NCBI RefSeq assembly: GCF_042660085.1
Contig: NZ_JBHSTI010000008.1
Coordinates: 1,419,876 to 1,451,875, forward strand
DNA length: 32,000 bases
From: Longivirga aurantiaca
GTDB lineage: Bacteria; Actinomycetota; Actinomycetes; S36-B12; CAIYMF01
Direction of reading: 5' to 3'
The notes under the pieces are model-generated. The model was given only the letters and a program-made list of their open reading frames with translations, was not told the origin of the DNA and did no database searches. A program made the position numbers and the translations under genes. Shown here one piece after another: positions 26,757-32,000 of the stretch (its first letter is position 1; every line of letters starts with the position of its first letter).

Positions 26757-28421
26757 GTGAAGCAGCTGGGGGACATCCTCCTCGAGGGCGGCCTGGTCAC
26801 CCACGACCAGCTGGCCGTCGCCGTTGACGAGCAGAACCGGCTCGGTCGCAGCCTCGGGCGGGTGCTCGTGGACCGCGGCGTGCTCACCGAGGCCCAGCTC
26901 GTCGCCTCCCTGGCCGCGCAGATCGGCATGCGCTTCGTCGATCTCGGCGACATCCAGATCGACGGATCCGCGCTCGGCCGCGTGCCGGGCCACGTCGCCC
27001 GTCGCCACACCGCGATCCCGATCGGCTACGACGAGGGCAAGCTCGTCGTCGCCATGGCCGACCCGGCGAACGTGTTCGCGATCGACGACATCCGCTCCGC
27101 CGCGGGCATCGACGTCAAGCCCGTCGTGGCCACCCGCAACGACGTGGCGGCAGCCATCGACCGCTTCTACCGCGCTGGCGACGAGCTGAACGACCTGACC
27201 TCCGAGCTGGACACGGGGGAGGACGAGGAGGACCTGTCCAAGGTCAAGGAGATCACCGAGGACGCGCCGATCGTCCGCTACGTGAACCTGCTGATCACCC
27301 AGGCGATCCAGGACCGGGCCTCGGACATCCACCTCGAGCCGACCGAGCACGACCTGCGCGTGCGCTACCGCATCGACGGCGTGCTCCACGAGGTCATGCG
27401 CTCCCCGCGCGCGATCCAGTCGGGCGTGATCAGCCGCCTGAAGATCATGGCGGACATCAACATCGCCGAGCGCCGCATCCCGCAGGACGGCCGACTGTCG
27501 GTCGCTGCGCACGGCAAGAAGGTCGATCTCCGCGTGGCCACGCTCCCGACGGTCTGGGGCGAGAAGGTCGTCATGCGAATCCTGGACAACTCCACGGCGC
27601 GCATGGACCTCTCCGACCTCGGCTTCAGCCCGCACAACTTCGGCATCTTCGAGAAGTCGTACGTGAAGCCCTACGGCATGATCCTGGTGACAGGACCGAC
27701 CGGGTCCGGCAAGTCGACCACGCTGTACGCCACGCTCAACGTGGTCAACAAGCCCGAGGTCAACATCATCACGGTCGAGGACCCGGTCGAGTACCGGCTC
27801 CCTGGCGTGAACCAGGTGCAGGTCAACAACAAGGCCGGCCTGAACTTCGCCGCAGCCCTGCGCTCGATCCTCCGCTCGGACCCCGACATCGTCCTCATCG
27901 GTGAGATCCGCGACCACGAGACGGCGCAGATCGCCGTCGAGGCCTCGCTCACCGGTCACCTCGTGCTCTCGACCCTGCACACGAACGACGCGCCGAGCGC
28001 GATCACGCGCCTCACCGAGATGGGCATCGAGCCCTTCCTGGTGGGCTCCGCCATGGACGTCGTGCTGGCCCAGCGCCTCGCTCGCCGGCTGTGCTCGAAG
28101 TGCAAGGAGCCGTTCGAGCCGGACGCCGAGCAGCTCGCAGCCATCCGGTTCAAGCCGTACCCCGGTGATCCGGAGCCGCACTTCTACCGCCCCGTGGGGT
28201 GCGCCAACTGCGCGAAGACCGGTTACAAGGGTCGCGTCGCGATCCACGAGGTCATGGCGATCAGCGACGAGATCGAGCGCCTGACCGTCGACCGCGCGTC
28301 CTCGACGCGCATCGGCGAGGTCGCGATCGAGCAGGGGATGCGCACGCTCCGCGAGGACGGCCTGCTCAAGGCCTCCCAGGGCATCACGACGATCGACGAG
28401 GTCTTCCGCGTCGTCGCCTGA
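26757..28421 (+). CDS. pilB: type IV pilus assembly ATPase PilB (GspE family) with an MshEN/T2SSE_N N-terminal domain
   Basis: 554 aa with a GTG start. It has Walker A 'GPTGSGKSTT', Asp box 'NIITVEDPVEY', Walker B 'DPDIVLIGEIRD', His box 'GHLVLSTLHTND' and a tetra-Cys zinc motif 'CSKC...CANC'. The N-terminus carries two MshEN-type motifs. Confidence 0.93.
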   Translation: MKQLGDILLEGGLVTHDQLAVAVDEQNRLGRSLGRVLVDRGVLTEAQLVASLAAQIGMRFVDLGDIQIDGSALGRVPGHVARRHTAIPIGYDEGKLVVAMADPANVFAIDDIRSAAGIDVKPVVATRNDVAAAIDRFYRAGDELNDLTSELDTGEDEEDLSKVKEITEDAPIVRYVNLLITQAIQDRASDIHLEPTEHDLRVRYRIDGVLHEVMRSPRAIQSGVISRLKIMADINIAERRIPQDGRLSVAAHGKKVDLRVATLPTVWGEKVVMRILDNSTARMDLSDLGFSPHNFGIFEKSYVKPYGMILVTGPTGSGKSTTLYATLNVVNKPEVNIITVEDPVEYRLPGVNQVQVNNKAGLNFAAALRSILRSDPDIVLIGEIRDHETAQIAVEASLTGHLVLSTLHTNDAPSAITRLTEMGIEPFLVGSAMDVVLAQRLARRLCSKCKEPFEPDAEQLAAIRFKPYPGDPEPHFYRPVGCANCAKTGYKGRVAIHEVMAISDEIERLTVDRASSTRIGEVAIEQGMRTLREDGLLKASQGITTIDEVFRVVA

Positions 28422-28552
28422 GCACGTGCACGCGCGGTGACGGGGACGACTCGGCCGAGCGGGTGGTCCGAAGGCTCAAGCAGGGCTCTCGGACGGCCGA
28501 TGGTCAGCAAGGACGCCGGCACTAGGGGTGCCGGCCCGAACGAGGAGTGGCC

Positions 28553-29884
28553 GTGGAGTCCATGCCGTACGCCGGGCAGCAGTCCGTGCCACCGGTCGCC
28601 TCGCCCTATCCGTCGGGCGCGGTCCCGGCGGGTTACCCGGCCGCCCCGGTGGCCAGCGCCGCCCCGGTCGCCGCACCCATGCCGGTCTCGGCACCGATGC
28701 CGGTCGCCCCGGCCCCGGAGCCCACGGTCCTGGAGCACAACCCGCTGAACGAGCACGGCACCGGTGTCCCGCAGGTCGTCCCGACCCGTCAGGGCACCGA
28801 GCAGACGGTGCGCGAGGACGACTTCAGCCTCGTCGACGCGCTGCTCATGATGCTCGACCGCGGCGCGTCCGACCTGCACCTCACCTCCGGCGCCCGGCCG
28901 ACCATCCGCGTGAGCGGGTCGCTGGTGCCCATCGACGAGTTCGACGTCCTCACGCCCCCGGTGCTCCAGCGCGTCATCTACTCCGTGCTCACCCAGCACC
29001 AGCGGTTGAAGTTCGAGGAGGAGCTGGAGCTGGACTTCGCGTACTCGCTGCCGGGCCGGGCCCGCTTCCGCGTGAACATCTACAAGCAGCGCGACAGCCT
29101 CGGTGCGGCCTTCCGCATCATCCCGTTCGAGATCAAGAGCCTGGAGAGCCTCGGCGTCCCGCCGTCGGTTTCGAACTTCGCCAGCCTGCCGCGCGGCTTC
29201 GTCCTCGTGACCGGTCCCACCGGCTCCGGCAAGTCCACGACGCTCGCCGCGCTGGTCGACCTGGCCAACCGCACGCGGCACGACCACATCATGACCGTCG
29301 AGGACCCCATCGAGTTCCTCCACCGGCACAAGAGCTGCATCATCAACCAGCGCGAGGTGGGCGAGGACACCTGGTCGTTCGCCAACGCGCTCAAGCACGT
29401 CCTGCGCCAGGACCCCGACATCATCCTCGTCGGCGAGATGCGCGACCTCGAGACGATCTCGGTCGCGCTCACCGCCGCCGAGACCGGCCACCTCGTGTTC
29501 GCGACGCTGCACACGCAGGACGCGGCCCAGACCATCGACCGCGTCATCGACGTCTTCCCGCCCCATCAGCAGCAGCAGGTGCGCCAGCAGCTCGCGATGT
29601 CGCTCCAGGGCGTCGTCTGCCAGACCCTCTGCAAGACCGCCGACGGGCACGGCCGGGTCGTCGCGACCGAGGTCCTCGTGGTCACGCCGGCCGTGCGGAA
29701 CCTCATCCGTGAGGGGAAGACGCACCAGATCTACTCCGTCATGCAGGCGGGCGCGCAGTTCGGCATGCACACGCTCGACCAGCACCTCGCCGAGCTCGTC
29801 CGTACCCGCCGGGTCACGTACGAGCACGGTGTGGAGAAGTGCCACCACATCGAGGACTTCAACCGGCTCGTCGGCCGGGCCTGA
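28553..29884 (+). CDS. pilT: type IV pilus retraction (twitching motility) ATPase PilT with a Pro/Ala-rich N-terminal extension
   Basis: In-frame starts occur at GTG 28547, GTG 28553 and ATG 28562. The SD GAGGAG (28542-28547) favours 28553. It has Walker A 'GPTGSGKSTT', 'IMTVEDPIEF', 'DPDIILVGEMRD', 'GHLVFATLHT' and the PilT signature 'AVRNLIREGK'. Confidence 0.92.
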   Translation: MESMPYAGQQSVPPVASPYPSGAVPAGYPAAPVASAAPVAAPMPVSAPMPVAPAPEPTVLEHNPLNEHGTGVPQVVPTRQGTEQTVREDDFSLVDALLMMLDRGASDLHLTSGARPTIRVSGSLVPIDEFDVLTPPVLQRVIYSVLTQHQRLKFEEELELDFAYSLPGRARFRVNIYKQRDSLGAAFRIIPFEIKSLESLGVPPSVSNFASLPRGFVLVTGPTGSGKSTTLAALVDLANRTRHDHIMTVEDPIEFLHRHKSCIINQREVGEDTWSFANALKHVLRQDPDIILVGEMRDLETISVALTAAETGHLVFATLHTQDAAQTIDRVIDVFPPHQQQQVRQQLAMSLQGVVCQTLCKTADGHGRVVATEVLVVTPAVRNLIREGKTHQIYSVMQAGAQFGMHTLDQHLAELVRTRRVTYEHGVEKCHHIEDFNRLVGRA

Positions 29885-29907
29885 GCGGCGAGGAGAGGCA
29901 TCCAGCC

Positions 29908-31137
29908 ATGGCAGCTACAGCGACCTTCCAGTACGCGGTCCGCGACAAGCAGGGCAAGGTCGTCACCGGCAAGATCGAGGCCGACTCACCGGCCCAGGTG
30001 GCGTCCAAGCTGAAGAGCATGGGCTACGCGCCCATGAAGATCAGCCAGGTCGACGGCGGCGGTCTCAAGAAGGAGATCTCGCTGCCGCGGCTGGGCAGCA
30101 AGGTCAAGCTCAAGGAGATCGCGATCTTCTCGCGCCAGTTCGCGACGATGATCAACTCCGGGCTCTCCATGCTGCGCGCGCTCTCGATCCTCGAGGAGCA
30201 GCAGCCCAACAAGGTGTTCGCCCAGGTGATCGGGGAGATCCGGTCCGAGGTCGAGAGCGGCTCGGCGCTGTCGACGTCCATGTCGAAGCACCCGGACGTC
30301 TTCGCGCCGCTCATGATCAACATGATCAAGGCCGGCGAGGTCGGCGGCTTCCTCGACAGCGTGCTGAACCAGCTCGCCGAGAACTACGAGGCCGAGGTCA
30401 AGCTCCGCGGCAAGGTGAAGTCGGCCATGACCTACCCGGTCGCCGTGCTCGTCATGGCGATCCTGCTCACGGTCGGCATGCTGCTGTTCGTGGTCCCGAC
30501 GTTCGCGAAGCTGTTCTCGGACCTCGGTGGCGAGCTGCCGGCGCCCACCCAGATGCTCGTGAGCCTGTCGAACTTCCTCAAGGTCGGGATCGTCCCGATC
30601 GTGATCCTGTCGGTCATCGGCTTCGTGGTCTGGGTGCGGGTGAAGAACACGGACCGCGTGCGCGAGTTCATCGACCCGCTCAAGCTCAAGATGCCGGTCT
30701 TCGGCGGCCTGTTCCAGAAGATCGCGCTCGCGCGCTTCTGCCGCAACCTCGGCACGATGCTGCACTCCGGCGTCCCGATCCTGCAGTCGCTGGACATCGT
30801 GGCCGACACCTCGGGCAACAAGGTCATCACCCACGCCGTCCACGACATCGAGGAGAGCGTGCGTCGCGGTGAGAGCCTCACCCAGCCGCTGTCGACCCAT
30901 GCGGTCTTCCCGGCCATGGTGGTGCAGATGCTGGCGGTCGGCGAGGACACGGGCGCCCTCGACTCCATGCTCGCCAAGATCGCGGACTTCTACGACGCCG
31001 AGGTCGAGGCGACCACCGAGCAGATGACGGCGCTCATCGAGCCGCTCATGATCGCCGTGCTCGGCGGGATCGTGGGGTCGATGATCATCGCCCTGTACAT
31101 GCCGATCTTCAAGATCTTCGACCTCATCGGCGGCTAG
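29908..31137 (+). CDS. pilC: type IV pilus platform protein PilC (type II secretion system F family)
   Basis: The ATG at 29908 lies 9 nt after AGGAGAGG. 409 aa with two internally duplicated T2SSF domains ('FSRQFATMINSGLSMLRAL' and 'FCRNLGTMLHSGVPILQSL') and three TM segments. The ORF track starts it at 29839. Confidence 0.93.
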   Translation: MAATATFQYAVRDKQGKVVTGKIEADSPAQVASKLKSMGYAPMKISQVDGGGLKKEISLPRLGSKVKLKEIAIFSRQFATMINSGLSMLRALSILEEQQPNKVFAQVIGEIRSEVESGSALSTSMSKHPDVFAPLMINMIKAGEVGGFLDSVLNQLAENYEAEVKLRGKVKSAMTYPVAVLVMAILLTVGMLLFVVPTFAKLFSDLGGELPAPTQMLVSLSNFLKVGIVPIVILSVIGFVVWVRVKNTDRVREFIDPLKLKMPVFGGLFQKIALARFCRNLGTMLHSGVPILQSLDIVADTSGNKVITHAVHDIEESVRRGESLTQPLSTHAVFPAMVVQMLAVGEDTGALDSMLAKIADFYDAEVEATTEQMTALIEPLMIAVLGGIVGSMIIALYMPIFKIFDLIGG

Positions 31138-31155
31138 CCGACGCACTCGTCCCAT

Positions 31156-31197
31156 GGCGGCGGCCGCGCTCCCCTCGCAGGGGGCGCGGCCGTCGCC
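31156..31197 (+). terminator. strong GC-rich stem-loop 19 nt after the pilC stop
   Basis: GGCGGCGGCCGCGCTCCCC-TCGCA-GGGGGCGCGGCCGTCGCC forms ~18 bp with one G-U pair and one bulge. No U-tract follows. Confidence 0.55.
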
Positions 31198-31381
31198 GTT
31201 CGCCGGCCGCTCGTCCCGGCCGAGAGGCGGCGCTTATCGGAACGGCGGCGTTCCCCTGGATCCGCCGATCGGGTGATTCCTCAGATCTCCCTCTCGATCC
31301 CTAAGGACCGGGCTCGGCGCGGACCGAGAAACCTCCTGTCGGGCAACGGGACCTCCCGGGCCCCCGAGGGAAGGAATCATC

Positions 31382-31795
31382 GTGCTCTCTCGCATGCGTA
31401 AGCAGGACGCCGACCAGGGCTTCACCCTGATCGAGCTGCTCGTCGTCATGATCATCATCGGCATCCTCGCGGCCATCGCCATCCCCACGTTCCTCAACCA
31501 GCGGAACAACGGCTACCGCACCGCCATCAAGTCCGACCTGAAGAACGCGGCGATCGCGGCCGAGTCCTTCGCCACCGACAACGGCGGCGACTACTCCGGC
31601 CTCACCGACGCCACTCTGGCCGACGCACGCGGCACCGGCGTCACCGCCGAGGTCACCGTCGCCGTCGCCTGGGCGACCGGCACCGCGTACTGCGTCGAGG
31701 GGGTGCACTCGGCCCTCACCACCGCGCCGACGCAGTTCTTCTACAGCAGCCTCGAAGGAGCCCCGCTCGAGGGCGCCTGCCCGGCCGCTCCGTGA
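31382..31795 (+). CDS. pilA: type IVa major pilin (prepilin-type N-terminal cleavage/methylation domain)
   Basis: The GTG at 31382 lies 5 nt after GGGAAGGAA (alternative ATG at 31394). The class III signal peptide is 'MLSRMRKQDADQG|FTLIELLVVMIIIGILAAIAIP' with Gly-1, Phe+1 and Glu+5. A C-terminal Cys pair lies in 'YCVEG...EGAC'. 137 aa. Confidence 0.92.
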   Translation: MLSRMRKQDADQGFTLIELLVVMIIIGILAAIAIPTFLNQRNNGYRTAIKSDLKNAAIAAESFATDNGGDYSGLTDATLADARGTGVTAEVTVAVAWATGTAYCVEGVHSALTTAPTQFFYSSLEGAPLEGACPAAP

Positions 31796-31847
31796 TCGGC
31801 TGACACGCAGGACGAGCTCACGGGTTGATGACACCCACGAGACACCC

Positions 31848-31880
31848 GGAAGGGGCCAGGCGGAGCGCCTGGCCCCTTCC
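31848..31880 (+). terminator. perfect 15-bp stem-loop 52 nt after the pilin stop
   Basis: GGAAGGGGCCAGGCG-GAG-CGCCTGGCCCCTTCC is a perfect inverted repeat. Confidence 0.7.
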
Positions 31881-32000
31881 GCACGTCCGAGACCTTGCGC
31901 CGTCCGGGGGATGGCCGAAAATTCTCCTCTCGCGAGGCTCAAGGTCCCCCCGGGCAGGTCGATCACTTCTTTGTCATCAACCATGACCGCTCCGGCCAGA

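Noticed and set aside
31198-31381. Sigma-54 (GG-N10-GC), FliA/WhiG-type (TAAA-N15-GCCGATAA) or ECF-type (GGAAC-N16-17-CGTT) promoter upstream of pilA
   Set aside because: Partial matches exist (GGAAC at ~31240, 'gccgatcg' at ~31263, 'ccgataag' on the minus strand). None has a correctly spaced partner element, so no promoter class is called.
23751-31880. Pilus/GTPase block as a horizontally acquired genomic island or mobile element
   Set aside because: I could see no integrase, transposase, tRNA attachment site or flanking direct repeats. Codon usage and GC look the same as in the housekeeping backbone.
31301-31984. 227-aa minus-strand ORF overlapping the pilin gene and its terminator
   Set aside because: It is antisense to a textbook type IV pilin. 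It spans a perfect terminator hairpin and has no start context or motifs.

Overview
This is a densely coding, high-GC chromosomal segment (roughly 70-75% GC by eye) of Actinomycetota type, with almost all genes on the + strand. I saw no rRNA, tRNA, CRISPR, transposase or integrase. The first ~23.7 kb is a conserved housekeeping backbone. It runs ruvA (5'-truncated)-ruvB, yajC-secD-secF-apt, a stand-alone VKOR-family thiol oxidoreductase and relA with a translationally coupled GNAT. These are followed by a minus-strand cyclophilin-DUF349 gene pair convergent with that GNAT, MBL-hydrolase-hisS-aspS, a minus-strand GNAT, rarA, and small membrane protein-alaS-ruvX-mltG-aroE. An accessory-looking block begins directly after aroE. 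It opens with a tightly packed four-gene module: a Roadblock/LC7 protein, a DUF4388 (PATAN) protein, a CvnD/MglA-like small GTPase and a 100-aa orphan. A type IVa pilus core follows: pilB with an MshEN-type N-terminus, pilT with a ~90-aa Pro/Ala-rich N-terminal extension, pilC, and a major pilin gene bracketed by strong hairpins. The main candidate for an undescribed system is this GTPase module. It looks like a conservon that lacks its sensor kinase and is physically attached to a Gram-positive type IV pilus operon. Secondary observations are in-frame tandem repeats in the DUF349 gene, Ser/Pro/Ala linkers in exported proteins, a 15-bp duplication in secD, probable c-di-GMP-binding motifs in PilB, and an 11-bp inverted repeat enclosing the pilin terminator. 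Many long antisense or out-of-frame ORFs in the supplied track are high-GC artefacts and were rejected.
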